A DNA stretch of 32,000 nucleotides, taken from Mycolicibacterium smegmatis. Its GTDB lineage: Bacteria; Actinomycetota; Actinomycetes; Mycobacteriales; Mycobacteriaceae. Each line of letters opens with the position of its first letter. Within the stretch, counting starts at the first letter, position 1. Both the position numbers and the translations under genes were made by a program. The stretch is taken from positions 3,810,001 to 3,842,000 of the forward strand of contig NZ_LN831039.1 in NCBI RefSeq assembly GCF_001457595.1. Direction: 5' to 3'. A model generated the notes under the pieces. That model was given only the letters and a program-made list of their open reading frames with translations, had not been told where the DNA came from and ran no database searches. This document shows, piece after piece, positions 1-9,082 of this stretch.

Positions 1-246
1 GAGACCACGGGCGAGAAGGGCGACGGGGTGTGGGCGATCTACACCGTCGACGACGAGGGCGGCGCTCACATCGAGCAGGTGTTCCCCACCGAGCTCGACG
101 CGTTGCGGGCCAACGCGAGCAACACCGACCCCTCACGCCGTGTGCGGTTCCTGCCGTACGGCATCGCGGTGAGCGTGCTCGACACGACACCACGATCCTC
201 TGGTTCGGCCACCGACGCGGATTCGGGTGCCGCCACAGACGACTGA
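1..246 (+). CDS. 3' end of a hypothetical protein (open at left window edge)
   Basis: Frame 1 is open from nt 1 to TGA 244-246 with strong third-position G/C. The listed 28..246 ORF (GTG) is in the same frame, so the true start may lie upstream of the window. No recognisable motif. Confidence 0.45.
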   Translation, partial: ETTGEKGDGVWAIYTVDDEGGAHIEQVFPTELDALRANASNTDPSRRVRFLPYGIAVSVLDTTPRSSGSATDADSGAATDD

Positions 247-347
247 TCGGGGCGCAAAAGGCGACGGGTCGGCGCGGACACCGGTTACGCTTCTGCCCCA
301 AGGGGCCCGCCTGCGTTCAGGCCGGCCGGCAGAGCTGAGGGTGGAGC

Positions 348-773
348 ATGATTCGCGAACTTCTCGTGGCGACGGCGGTCGCCGGTGCCGCGCTGGCAAC
401 GGCATCCGCGGCGGCGGCCGACGACGACAGCAACATGTACTTCGACGAGCCCGGTCGCTATTCGACGGACGTGCCCGGCATGAGCTACGAGGCGCACATG
501 GGCGCGCCGTGCTTCAGCTGGGACCGCAACGTGTTCGGCCGGGGTCCAGGCGGAGTGGCCATGCAGTGCAAGTGGATCCCCAACCAGTGGCCGCCCGTCT
601 CCACCGGGTTCTGGACGTATTCGTACCCGCTGCACGGCGTGCAGGACATCGGCGCGCCGTGCCCCGGCCCGCAGGCCGCGGCCCAGTCACCTGACGGCAG
701 GCCCATGCTGTGCCTCGGCGAGCGCGGCTGGCAGCCGGGCGTGTTCACGGGGGACGGCTTCTTCCCGGTGTGA
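348..773 (+). CDS. small secreted protein (signal peptide, four Cys), unknown function
   Basis: ATG 348 is preceded by GAGGGTGGAG. The N-terminus MIRELLVATAVAGAALATASAAAADDD looks like a Sec signal with an ASA|A cleavage site. The mature part has 4 Cys, two of them in repeated GAPC motifs. Confidence 0.7.
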   Translation: MIRELLVATAVAGAALATASAAAADDDSNMYFDEPGRYSTDVPGMSYEAHMGAPCFSWDRNVFGRGPGGVAMQCKWIPNQWPPVSTGFWTYSYPLHGVQDIGAPCPGPQAAAQSPDGRPMLCLGERGWQPGVFTGDGFFPV

Positions 774-781
774 TCCCGGCC

Positions 782-825
782 GTCCCAGGCCATACGCACA
801 GGCGCTTGTCGTATGGTCTTGGGAC
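782..825. promoter_or_regulatory. imperfect long hairpin between the secreted-protein stop and the acyl-CoA synthetase start (terminator or operator)
   Basis: GTCCCA(782-787)-GG-CCATACG(790-796), 13-nt loop, CGTATGG(810-816)-TCT-TGGGAC(820-825). That is 13 paired bases with one small internal bulge. Confidence 0.3.
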
Positions 826-845
826 CCACGTCACACAGGAGTGCC

Positions 846-2501
846 ATGAGCGTTTCTTTCGATCTGTCCACGGTGTTTTCCACGGTGGCCGCGGCGGTGC
901 CCGACCAGACCTTCGTGGTGTGGCGTGACCGCCGGTTGACCTACGCCCAGTTCGACGCGCACGTCGACGGTTTCGCACACTTCCTCGTCTCGGCGGGCCT
1001 CGGCGTGCACACCGAACGCGCCGCGCTCGCCGGCCACGAGTCGGGCCAGGACCATCTCGGCATCTACCTGCGCAACGGCAACGAGTACCTCGAGGCGATG
1101 ATCGGCAGTTACCGCGCGCGGGTCGCCCCGTTCAACGTCAGCTACCGCTACGTCGAGGAGGAGCTGCTCTACCTGCTCACCGATTCCAACGCCCGCGCCC
1201 TGGTCTACAACGCCGAGTTCGCACCACGCGTCGCCGCGATCCGCGACCGGTTGCCCAATCTCGCGGTGCTCATCCAGGTCGCCGACGATTCCGGAAACGA
1301 ATTGCTGTCCGGCGCAGTCGATTACGAGGCGATCCTGGGCACCCCTGAACCCGAGGGCGGGATGCCGGTGCCGTCGGGTGACGACCTCTACATCCTCTAC
1401 ACGGGCGGCACCACCGGCATGCCCAAGGGCGTGCTGTGGCGTCAGCACGACATCTTCCTGTCGTCGATGGGCGGACGTCCGTTCGGCGCCGAGAACTTCC
1501 TGAGCTCATACGAGGAACTGGCCGACAAGGCCCGCGCGTCGGCGGGCGCGATGTCGATGCTGATGATCCCGCCGTTCATGCACGGCGCCGCGCAGTGGGC
1601 CTCCTACACCGCGATCACGATGGGCGGAAAACTCGTGATCCCCGACGATGTGGTGCGCCTGCGCCCGGACGCGGCGTTGCGACTCGCCGAACGTGAACGC
1701 GTGATGAGCATTCCGGTTGTCGGCGACGCCATCGCCCGCCCGTTGATCGACGAGATCGAGGGCGGGAACTACGACCTGTCCGGGCTGGTCACCATCAGCA
1801 ACGGCGGCGCACCGCTGTCCCCGACCGTGCGGTCGCGCATTTTGGCGGCCCTGCCGCACCTGCTGCTGCTCGACGCGGTGGGCGCCTCGGAATCGGGCGC
1901 CCAGATGAGTGCGTACACCACCAGTGGCGCCGAGACCCAGCCCGCGACGTTCACGCCGCAACCCGACACCGCCGTGGTGTCCGAGGACCTCACCCGCGTG
2001 CTCGGCCCCGGCGAAGGTGGCGGCTGGCTGGCCCGGCGCGATCTGATCCCCCTGGGTTACCTCGGCGACGCCGAGAAGACCGCGCGCACCTTCCCCACCG
2101 TCGACGGCGTGCGTTGGTCGGTGCCCGGCGACCGCGCAAACGTCTTGCCGGACGGGCGCATTCAGCTGCTGGGCCGCGACTCGGTCACCATCAACTCCGG
2201 CGGCGAGAAGATCTTCGTCGAGGAGGTCGAACGTGCCATCGCCGCACACCCGGCGGTCTACGACGTCGTCGTTGTGGGTCGGCCGTCGGAACGCTGGGGC
2301 AGCGAGGTCGTCGCGATCGTCCAGTTCGCCGAAGGCGCGTCAGCCACTGACGACGAACTCGTCGAGGTGTGCGAGCGCTCGATCGCGCGCTACAAGATCC
2401 CCAAGGCGTTCATCCGGTCACCCGAGATCGTGCGTTCGCCGGCAGGCAAGGCCGACTACCGCTGGGCCAAGCAGATCGCGGCGGAGGCCGTCTCGACGTG
2501 A
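846..2501 (+). CDS. AMP-dependent acyl-CoA synthetase/ligase (FadD-like)
   Basis: ORF 813..2501. I prefer the internal ATG 846 because AGGAG lies at 836-840. Contains the AMP-binding motif YILYTGGTTGMPKGVLW, the C-terminal GRPSERWGSEVVA and KIPK motifs, and ends with TGA. Confidence 0.85.
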   Translation: MSVSFDLSTVFSTVAAAVPDQTFVVWRDRRLTYAQFDAHVDGFAHFLVSAGLGVHTERAALAGHESGQDHLGIYLRNGNEYLEAMIGSYRARVAPFNVSYRYVEEELLYLLTDSNARALVYNAEFAPRVAAIRDRLPNLAVLIQVADDSGNELLSGAVDYEAILGTPEPEGGMPVPSGDDLYILYTGGTTGMPKGVLWRQHDIFLSSMGGRPFGAENFLSSYEELADKARASAGAMSMLMIPPFMHGAAQWASYTAITMGGKLVIPDDVVRLRPDAALRLAERERVMSIPVVGDAIARPLIDEIEGGNYDLSGLVTISNGGAPLSPTVRSRILAALPHLLLLDAVGASESGAQMSAYTTSGAETQPATFTPQPDTAVVSEDLTRVLGPGEGGGWLARRDLIPLGYLGDAEKTARTFPTVDGVRWSVPGDRANVLPDGRIQLLGRDSVTINSGGEKIFVEEVERAIAAHPAVYDVVVVGRPSERWGSEVVAIVQFAEGASATDDELVEVCERSIARYKIPKAFIRSPEIVRSPAGKADYRWAKQIAAEAVST

Positions 2502-2502
2502 A

Positions 2503-2814
2503 TCAGCTTGCGGCGCTGCCGTTTTCCTGATCGTCGTCGGCGACGGCGATCGGCCGCAGGTACGTCCACACGAAGAAGATCGCGGCGACGGCGATCAGTG
2601 CGACGCCCACCCACCAGTTCGCGTCGGTGCCGACGTAGAGGTCGACGCGATTGTCGGCGGGCCCGCTTTCGCGCTCGGCCAGCAGCCCGGGAGCCAGGCC
2701 GGCGATGACCAGCACCACGCCGTAGATCGCCATGAGCGCGCCGATGATGCTGCGGATGTCGAACAGGCGGAACCTGCGCTGTGCGTTGGCGTTACCGGGG
2801 GTTTTGTCGGACAT
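2503..2814 (-). CDS. small two-TM membrane protein co-transcribed with the SSS transporter
   Basis: ATG 2814 lies 13 nt after the transporter stop (2828-2830), with GGAG in the gap. Two hydrophobic helices: IIGALMAIYGVVLVIAGL and WWVGVALIAVAAIFFVW. Confidence 0.7.
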   Translation of the reverse strand: MSDKTPGNANAQRRFRLFDIRSIIGALMAIYGVVLVIAGLAPGLLAERESGPADNRVDLYVGTDANWWVGVALIAVAAIFFVWTYLRPIAVADDDQENGSAAS

Positions 2815-2827
2815 TCGGACTCCAGGT

Positions 2828-4552
2828 TCAGTGGAAGACGATGTTGAGCACGACGGCGAGACCCAGCGCGACGGCAGCCAGCGGGGTTGCCCTCAGATAC
2901 CAGGGTCTCCCGGCACTCTCGGGGTCGTGGAAGATCTCGCGCGGGGTCTCCGAGTACACCAGGCCCGCGAGTTCGTGCGCGGGCTTGGGTGTGGTCACCA
3001 GGCTCACCACGACGCTGACCGCGATGTCGACGACGAACGCGGCAGCGGCCGCCACGAACGGCACACCCTGGCCGGGCAGGTTGATGACGCCGCTCTCCCC
3101 CAGCAGGAAAACCGTGACGGCCGAGAGCGTTCCGGCCACCAGGCCGGTCCAGCCGGCGGTCGAGGTCATCCGGCGCCAGAACATGCCGAGGATGAACGTC
3201 GCGAACAGCGGCGCGTTGAAGAACCCGAACAGCGTCTGCAGATAGTCCATCAGGTTCGAGTAGCCCGCCGCGATCAGCGCGGTGAAGATCGCGAGGATGG
3301 TCGCGGCCACCGTCGCGATCCGGCCGACGCCGATGTAGTAGTTGTCCGGCCGGTCCTTGACCACGTACTGCTGCCAGATGTCGTAGCTGAACACCGTGTT
3401 GAACGCCGAGATGTTGGCGGCCATACCCGCCATGAACGATGCCAGAAGACCCGTGATGGCCACGCCGATCAGACCGTTGGGCAGGATGTCGCGGATCATC
3501 ACGAGCATGGCGTCGTTGTAGGTGACCTCGCCGGAGCCCGTCGACTTGAGATGGACGACGTCGCCGATCACCGCACCGGCGATCATGCCGGGGATGACCA
3601 CGACGAACGGGATGAACATCTTGGGGAACGCCGCGATGATCGGCGACCGTCGTGCCGAGGAGATCGAGTCCGACGCCATCGCGCGCTGCACCTCGACGAA
3701 GTTCGTCGTCCAGTACCCGAAGGACAGCACGAAACCGAGGCCGAACACGATGCCGATCACCGACCACACCGGGCTGGAGAAACCCGACAGCGCCTGACCG
3801 GGCCACGTGGTGAGCTGTTCGTCGACCGACGCGGTGACCGCGCCGTCGGACATGGTGTCGATCACCTTGTCCTTCAGGCCACTCCAGCCGCCGACCTTGA
3901 TCAGGCCGAAGATCGTCAGCGGCACCAGGAAGGCGAGGATGACGAAGAACTGCAGCACCTCGTTGTAGATGGCCGCCGAGAGTCCGCCCAGCGCGGTGTA
4001 GGTGAGCACGATGAGCGCCGCGACGATCAGCGACAGCCACTGGTTCCAGCCCAGCAGCACGTTGATCACGGTCGCGAGCAGAAACAGGTTGACGCCCGCG
4101 ATGAGCACCTGCGCGACGGCGAAGCTGATGGCGTTCACCAGGTGCGCGCCCGGCCCGAACCGCCTGCGCATGAACTCGGGCACGCTGCGGACCTTGGAGC
4201 CGTAGTAGAACGGCATCATCACGATGCCGAGGAACACCATGGCCGGGACGGCGCCGATCCAGTAGTAGTGCATGGTCGACAGGCCGATCTCGGCGCCGTT
4301 GGCCGACATGCCCATGATCTCGATGGCGCCCAGGTTGGCCGAGACGAACGCCAGGCCCGTCACCCACGCGGGCATGCGCCGCCCGGACAGGAAGAAGTCC
4401 AGGCTCGTCGAGATCTGGCTGCGCGCGACGTAGCCGATGCCCAGGACGAAGACGAAGTAAATCGCGATCAGCAGGTAGTCGATCGCACCGACCGAGAGGC
4501 GCAGGACGTTCTCCGCTGCCAGGTCTGCAGCCAGTGTTGTGGTCGTGGTCAT
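2828..4552 (-). CDS. sodium:solute symporter (SSS) family transporter
   Basis: The 581-aa ORF 2828..4573 starts with TTG. I prefer ATG 4552 (MTTTTTLAAD...), which is preceded by GAGGTG. About 13 hydrophobic segments and an SSS-like overall pattern (GRRMPAWVTGLAFVSANLGA, YWIGA). The long ORFs in other frames here are Arg-rich artefacts. Confidence 0.85.
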   Translation of the reverse strand: MTTTTTLAADLAAENVLRLSVGAIDYLLIAIYFVFVLGIGYVARSQISTSLDFFLSGRRMPAWVTGLAFVSANLGAIEIMGMSANGAEIGLSTMHYYWIGAVPAMVFLGIVMMPFYYGSKVRSVPEFMRRRFGPGAHLVNAISFAVAQVLIAGVNLFLLATVINVLLGWNQWLSLIVAALIVLTYTALGGLSAAIYNEVLQFFVILAFLVPLTIFGLIKVGGWSGLKDKVIDTMSDGAVTASVDEQLTTWPGQALSGFSSPVWSVIGIVFGLGFVLSFGYWTTNFVEVQRAMASDSISSARRSPIIAAFPKMFIPFVVVIPGMIAGAVIGDVVHLKSTGSGEVTYNDAMLVMIRDILPNGLIGVAITGLLASFMAGMAANISAFNTVFSYDIWQQYVVKDRPDNYYIGVGRIATVAATILAIFTALIAAGYSNLMDYLQTLFGFFNAPLFATFILGMFWRRMTSTAGWTGLVAGTLSAVTVFLLGESGVINLPGQGVPFVAAAAAFVVDIAVSVVVSLVTTPKPAHELAGLVYSETPREIFHDPESAGRPWYLRATPLAAVALGLAVVLNIVFH

Positions 4553-4611
4553 CCACACCTCTGAGTGGTTCAAGATTCGACAAAAACAATCAGAAGGTAA
4601 CAGCTTGATCG

Positions 4612-4658
4612 CCAGGGTATGTCACCCTGGGTTCGATTTTGTTTGTTATTGTTCGATT
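4612..4658. promoter_or_regulatory. candidate operator cluster in the divergent transporter / deoR-galTK intergenic region
   Basis: Perfect inverted repeat CCAGGGT(4612-4618)-5 nt-ACCCTGG(4624-4630), followed immediately by the direct repeat GTTCGATT at 4631-4638 and 4651-4658 (20-bp spacing). Sits in an AT-richer stretch. Confidence 0.35.
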
Positions 4659-4711
4659 CCCCACGTCAGCAATACCCAAACCCGCCGCGTCCGAGGAGGT
4701 GTTCCGCGATC

Positions 4712-5518
4712 ATGCTTGCCGCCGAACGCCGCCGGGCGATCCTGCGGGCCCTCGACGAGGGCGGCGGGGCCGTGCGGGTCGCCGACCTCGCTTCCCGGCT
4801 GCGTGTCTCCGAGATGACGGTGCGGCGCGACCTCGACGCCATGGATGCCGACGAACTGCTGCGCAAGGTGCACGGCGGCGCGGTCAGCCGGCACCACCGC
4901 GGCGAGGAACCCGGCTCCTCGGTCAAGGCCGCCCAGCAGCGCGCCGAGAAGGCCGCGATCGCCGAACTGGCGGCCTCGACCATCGACGACGGGGTCACGA
5001 TCGCACTCAGCGCGGGCACCACGACCACCGAGCTGGCCCGACGGCTGCGCCGGCGCCCGTCGATCACCGTGGTCACCAATTCGCTGTCGGTGTTCGACGT
5101 GCTCACCGGCCGTACCGCCGATACCGCCGACGACGGCACCGAGGGACCGACGGTCCATCTGTGCGGGGGCACCCGCACACCGTCGGATGCCCTGGTGGGT
5201 CCGGTCGCCGAGACGGCGATCGCGTCGTTCCGGGTCGACGCCACCTATGTGGGCGTCCACGGCATCGATCCGGACGCCGGGCTCACCTCACCCAACATCG
5301 CTGAGGCACATACCAACCGGGCGCTGATCGCCATCGGCGCCAAGCTCGTCGTGCTGGCCGACCACACCAAGTACGGCGAGACCGGCACCAATGTCTTCGC
5401 CGACCTCAGGCAGGTCGACACGCTCATCACCGACGACAGACTGGCGGACGCGGATCGCGCGACGCTGGCCGGGCTCGTCGGCACCGTCATGACCGCCGAG
5501 GTGACCACACAACCATGA
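4712..5518 (+). CDS. DeoR-family transcriptional regulator
   Basis: Within ORF 4619..5518, ATG 4712 is preceded by GAGGAGG (4693-4699). The N-terminal HTH region is LAAERRRAILRALDEGGGAVRVADLASRLRVSEMTVRRDLDAMD, followed by a DeoR-type C-terminal effector domain. The stop overlaps the galT start (ATGA). Confidence 0.85.
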   Translation: MLAAERRRAILRALDEGGGAVRVADLASRLRVSEMTVRRDLDAMDADELLRKVHGGAVSRHHRGEEPGSSVKAAQQRAEKAAIAELAASTIDDGVTIALSAGTTTTELARRLRRRPSITVVTNSLSVFDVLTGRTADTADDGTEGPTVHLCGGTRTPSDALVGPVAETAIASFRVDATYVGVHGIDPDAGLTSPNIAEAHTNRALIAIGAKLVVLADHTKYGETGTNVFADLRQVDTLITDDRLADADRATLAGLVGTVMTAEVTTQP

Positions 5519-6597
5519 CCCAACCACTGCGCTGGACGCTCGCCGACGGCCGCGAACAGCTGTACTTCTCGTTGCCCGGGCACACGCCCGCCCCGGTCGG
5601 CGACCGCAGACCCCTGCCGCCACGCGGAAACCAGCAGTCCGAACTGCGTTTCGACCGCCAGACCGGTCAGTGGGTGGTCATCGCCGCGCTGCGCCAGGAC
5701 CGCACCTATCTGCCCGCGGCCGATCAGTGCCCGCTGTGCCCCGGCCCCACCGGTGAGACCAGCGAGGTGCCCGCACCCGACTACGACGTCGTGGTGTTCG
5801 AGAACCGCTTCCCCAGCCTGTCCGGCGGCGGGGAGTTCACGTTGCCCGACACCGCGGGCGCGGAGTTCCTGTCGGCACCGGGGCACGGTCGCTGCGAGGT
5901 GATCTGCTTCTCCAGCGACCACACCGGCGCCTTCTCGCAACTGCCGCTCCCCCACGCCCGCCTCGTGGTGTCGGCGTGGCGACACCGCACCGCGGATTTG
6001 TTGAGCCGCAACGGAATCGAGCAGGTGTTCTGCTTCGAGAACCGCGGCGAGGCCATCGGCGTCACGCTCAACCACCCGCACGGGCAGATCTACGGCTACC
6101 CGTACCTGACGCCGCGCACCGAGCAGATGCTGCGCGTCGCCGGGGAACACCGCGCCCGCAACGGCACCAACCTGTTCGCGGATCTGCTGGCACGCGAACG
6201 TGCCGACAGTGTGCGTGTGGTCGCGCAGACCGATTCGTTCACGGCGTTCGTGCCGTTCGCGGCGCGCTGGCCGGTCGAGGTGCACATCTACCCGAACCGG
6301 TTCGCGCACAGCCTGCTCGATCTCGACGACTCCGAACTCGACGAGTTCACCGAGATCTATCGTGACGTGCTGCAGCGGTTCGATCGCATGTATCCCACGG
6401 AGCTGCCGTACATCTCGGCGCTGCACCAGTACCGCGACAGCGAACGGCAGCGCGAGGGGTACTTCCACGTCGAGTTGATGTCGGTGCGGCGCAGCGAGAA
6501 CAAACTCAAATACCTCGCCGGAAGCGAATCGGCGATGGATGCTTTCATCAGCGATGTGACGCCCGAGAGCGTCGCACAGCGACTTCGAGAGGTGTGA
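5515..6597 (+). CDS. galT: galactose-1-phosphate uridylyltransferase
   Basis: Zn-site CPLCPG, active-site HPHGQ (6073-6087) and overall HIT-family GalT layout. ATGA overlap with deoR and GTGA overlap with galK. Confidence 0.9.
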   Translation: MTQPLRWTLADGREQLYFSLPGHTPAPVGDRRPLPPRGNQQSELRFDRQTGQWVVIAALRQDRTYLPAADQCPLCPGPTGETSEVPAPDYDVVVFENRFPSLSGGGEFTLPDTAGAEFLSAPGHGRCEVICFSSDHTGAFSQLPLPHARLVVSAWRHRTADLLSRNGIEQVFCFENRGEAIGVTLNHPHGQIYGYPYLTPRTEQMLRVAGEHRARNGTNLFADLLARERADSVRVVAQTDSFTAFVPFAARWPVEVHIYPNRFAHSLLDLDDSELDEFTEIYRDVLQRFDRMYPTELPYISALHQYRDSERQREGYFHVELMSVRRSENKLKYLAGSESAMDAFISDVTPESVAQRLREV

Positions 6598-7688
6598 CGG
6601 TGGGCGATACGGTCACCTACGCCGCCCCAGGGCGGATCAATCTGATCGGCGAGCACACCGATTACAACCTGGGTCTCGCACTACCCATCGCACTTCCCCA
6701 ACGCGTCGTGGTGCGCTACCAACCAGACGACTCCGAGGCCATCACGGTGTCCAGCGCGCAGGAGTCCGGCGATGTCGTGGTCCCGCTCGACACCACACCC
6801 GGTGACATCACCGGATGGGCGGCCTACATCGCGGGCGTGGTGTGGGCGCTGCGCGACCGGGGCCACCGGGTCGAGGGCGGACGCATGTCGATCACCAGCG
6901 ACGTCGAGATGGGGTCCGGTCTGGCGTCGTCGGCCGCGCTGGAGTGCGCCGTGCTGTCGGCGCTGACCCACGGGTCCGACATGGACCGCGTCGAGCAGGC
7001 CCGCATCGCGCAGTGCGCAGAGAACGTCTATGTCGGCGCCCCGACAGGCCTCATGGACCAACTCGCGTCGTTGTTCGGCGAACCCGGCCGCGCGATGCTG
7101 ATCGACTTCCGCGAACTCTCGGTGCACCAGGTCCCGTTCACCCCCGAGACCGCGGGTCTGACGCTGCTGGTGATGAATTCGCGTGCGCCGCACCGTCATG
7201 CCGGCGGTGAATACGCCGCGCGACGGGCGTCGTGTGAGCGGGTCGCGGCGGCACTGGGCGTCGAGTCGTTGCGCGAGGTGCAGGACCGTGGCCTGGACGC
7301 GCTCGATGCGGTGACCGACGACGAGGATTTCCGCCGCGCGCGCCACATCCTCACCGAGAACCAGCGTGTGCTCGATGTCGTTGCGGCCCTGGAACAGTCC
7401 GATTTCGCCACGGCGGGCGAGATCCTGACGGCATCGCACGCGTCGATGCGTGACGACTTCGAGATCACCACCGCGCACATCGATCTGATCGCCGACACCG
7501 CCGTGCGGGCCGGAGCGCTCGGCGCCCGGCTGACCGGCGGCGGCTTCGGCGGCTGCGTGATCGCCCTCGTGCCCGAAGATCTCGCCGACTCCGTCGCCGA
7601 GACCGTGCGCTCGACGGTCGTCGCGGCCGGTCATCCCGAGCCCACGATCAGCCGGGCGCAGGCCGCGCCGGGGGCGGGCATCGTCTGA
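6594..7688 (+). CDS. galK: galactokinase
   Basis: Galactokinase signature [13 protein letters not shown] near the N-terminus and the GHMP kinase motif GSGLASSAA. The GTG start overlaps the galT stop. Confidence 0.9.
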   Translation: MTVGDTVTYAAPGRINLIGEHTDYNLGLALPIALPQRVVVRYQPDDSEAITVSSAQESGDVVVPLDTTPGDITGWAAYIAGVVWALRDRGHRVEGGRMSITSDVEMGSGLASSAALECAVLSALTHGSDMDRVEQARIAQCAENVYVGAPTGLMDQLASLFGEPGRAMLIDFRELSVHQVPFTPETAGLTLLVMNSRAPHRHAGGEYAARRASCERVAAALGVESLREVQDRGLDALDAVTDDEDFRRARHILTENQRVLDVVAALEQSDFATAGEILTASHASMRDDFEITTAHIDLIADTAVRAGALGARLTGGGFGGCVIALVPEDLADSVAETVRSTVVAAGHPEPTISRAQAAPGAGIV

Positions 7689-7763
7689 ACATCTGCCGCC
7701 GCGCGTAACGCCACGGCGGAAAATCGCGCTCGGCACCGCCGTCACGTCACGAACGGCGAGCGC

Positions 7764-8987
7764 TCAGCCCACCAAGACGTCGAGGCGTTCCCATCCACGC
7801 ACCGTCGACGTCGGCGCCAACCGTGCGGTCGAGTAGTCGATGTCCCACTCCGGAAAGCGGTTGAGCAGTTCGTCGAGGGCGACCCGCCCCTCCAGACGCG
7901 CGAGATTCGCGCCAAGGCAGTAATGCAGGCCCTTGCCGAAGGTCAGGTGGCTGATGTTGTCGCGGTGGATGTCGAACACGTCGGGGTCGGTGTACCTGCG
8001 CGGATCCCGGTTGGCCGCACCGAACAACAGCAACATCGCACTGCCCGCGGGCACGGTCTGCCCGTAGGCCTCGAAATCGCGCGCGACCCAACGGGCCACG
8101 TGCGGCCCGGTCGGCTCGAACCGCAGGGTCTCGTCGACGGCGCGGGTCAGCAATGAGCGGTCCTGCTCGATCTGCCGTCGCTGATCGGGATGCTCGGCGA
8201 GCACCTTGGCCAGCCAACCGATGAGCCGGCCGGTGGTCTCGTTGCCCGCCCCGGCCACCACCTGCGTGTAGTGCAGCACCTCTTTGCGCGTGAGCTTGCG
8301 GGTGACGCCGTGCTCGTCGGTGAACTCAACACCCAGCAGCGCGGTCATCAGATCGTCGGACGGGTTCTTCGACCGCCATTCGACGTAGTCGGCGTAGATC
8401 CGGCCGTCGGCGATCTTGTCGGCCTGCGCCACCTTCATCGGGGCACCGGGCTTGGTGCGCAGGTTGGCGTCGTTGGCGTCGCGCACCCCGATCTGCTCGG
8501 ATTCCGGGATGCCCAGCAGCATCCCGATGACGCGCATCGGCATCGTCGACGCCAGCTCGGCGATGATGTCGAATCGGTCGGATCCCACCAGCGGGTCCAG
8601 GCACCGCACGCAGTACCGCCGAATCTGGTCTTCGATCTCGGCCATCCGCCGCGGCGTGAACACCCGCGACATCAGCCCGCGCAGCATCGTGTGCATGGGC
8701 GGGTCGGTGAACATCATGACCCCGGGCGGCATGTCGAAGTCCGACTTCACCAGCTCGAGGATGTCGCTGCGACTGTTGGAGAACGTCTCCCAGTTCGCCA
8801 GGGCGCTTTCGACGTCGGCGTGGCGTGACAGCGCCCAGAAGCCGTAGCGTTCGTTGTGGTAGAGCGGGGCCTCGTCGCGCAACCGGGCGTACACCGGGTA
8901 GGGGTCGGCGACGATACCCACGTCGTAGGGGTCGTAGTAGGGCCCCGCCACGTCCGTGACCACGACACCGCTGTCGTCGACCGTCAT
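7764..8987 (-). CDS. cytochrome P450 monooxygenase
   Basis: Heme-binding loop FGKGLHYCLGANLAR (Cys codon at 7917-7919), I-helix-like VVAGAGNETT and ETLR (ExxR) motif. ATG 8987 is preceded by GAGGTG. Confidence 0.9.
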   Translation of the reverse strand: MTVDDSGVVVTDVAGPYYDPYDVGIVADPYPVYARLRDEAPLYHNERYGFWALSRHADVESALANWETFSNSRSDILELVKSDFDMPPGVMMFTDPPMHTMLRGLMSRVFTPRRMAEIEDQIRRYCVRCLDPLVGSDRFDIIAELASTMPMRVIGMLLGIPESEQIGVRDANDANLRTKPGAPMKVAQADKIADGRIYADYVEWRSKNPSDDLMTALLGVEFTDEHGVTRKLTRKEVLHYTQVVAGAGNETTGRLIGWLAKVLAEHPDQRRQIEQDRSLLTRAVDETLRFEPTGPHVARWVARDFEAYGQTVPAGSAMLLLFGAANRDPRRYTDPDVFDIHRDNISHLTFGKGLHYCLGANLARLEGRVALDELLNRFPEWDIDYSTARLAPTSTVRGWERLDVLVG

Positions 8988-9012
8988 CGCTCACCTCTGT
9001 CACGCGCCGAAT

Positions 9013-9052
9013 TTGGGCGATCGCCCAATATCTAGACTGAGGCCATGTCTAG
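9013..9052. promoter_or_regulatory. two adjacent palindromic candidate operators between the divergent P450 and acyl-CoA synthetase genes
   Basis: Perfect 16-bp palindrome TTGGGCGATCGCCCAA (9013-9028), then CTAGAC(9032-9037)-9 nt-GTCTAG(9047-9052). Both lie in a 95-bp intergenic region. Confidence 0.35.
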
Positions 9053-9082
9053 CAGTCGCCGAGTTGCACGGTCAAGGATCCG

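Noticed and set aside
2595-4589. Very long ORFs overlapping the SSS transporter in other frames (2595..4589 minus, 664 aa; 2732..4564 plus, 610 aa)
   Set aside because: Their translations are Arg/Gly/Asp/His-rich low-complexity strings, typical of off-frame or antisense reading of high-GC genes. The 2828..4552 frame gives a coherent multi-TM transporter.
5245-7745. Antisense ORFs across galT and galK (5245..6468 and 6681..7745, minus strand)
   Set aside because: They lie opposite genes with unambiguous catalytic signatures ([18 protein letters not shown]). Their products are Arg/Gly-rich with no motifs.
7696-7760. Weak hairpins between the convergent galK and P450 genes (CCGCCG...CGGCGG 7696-7719; CGCCGT...ACGGCG about 7736-7757) as terminators
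   Set aside because: The stems are only 6 bp with 10-12-nt loops and no proper U-tract on either strand. That is too weak to call.
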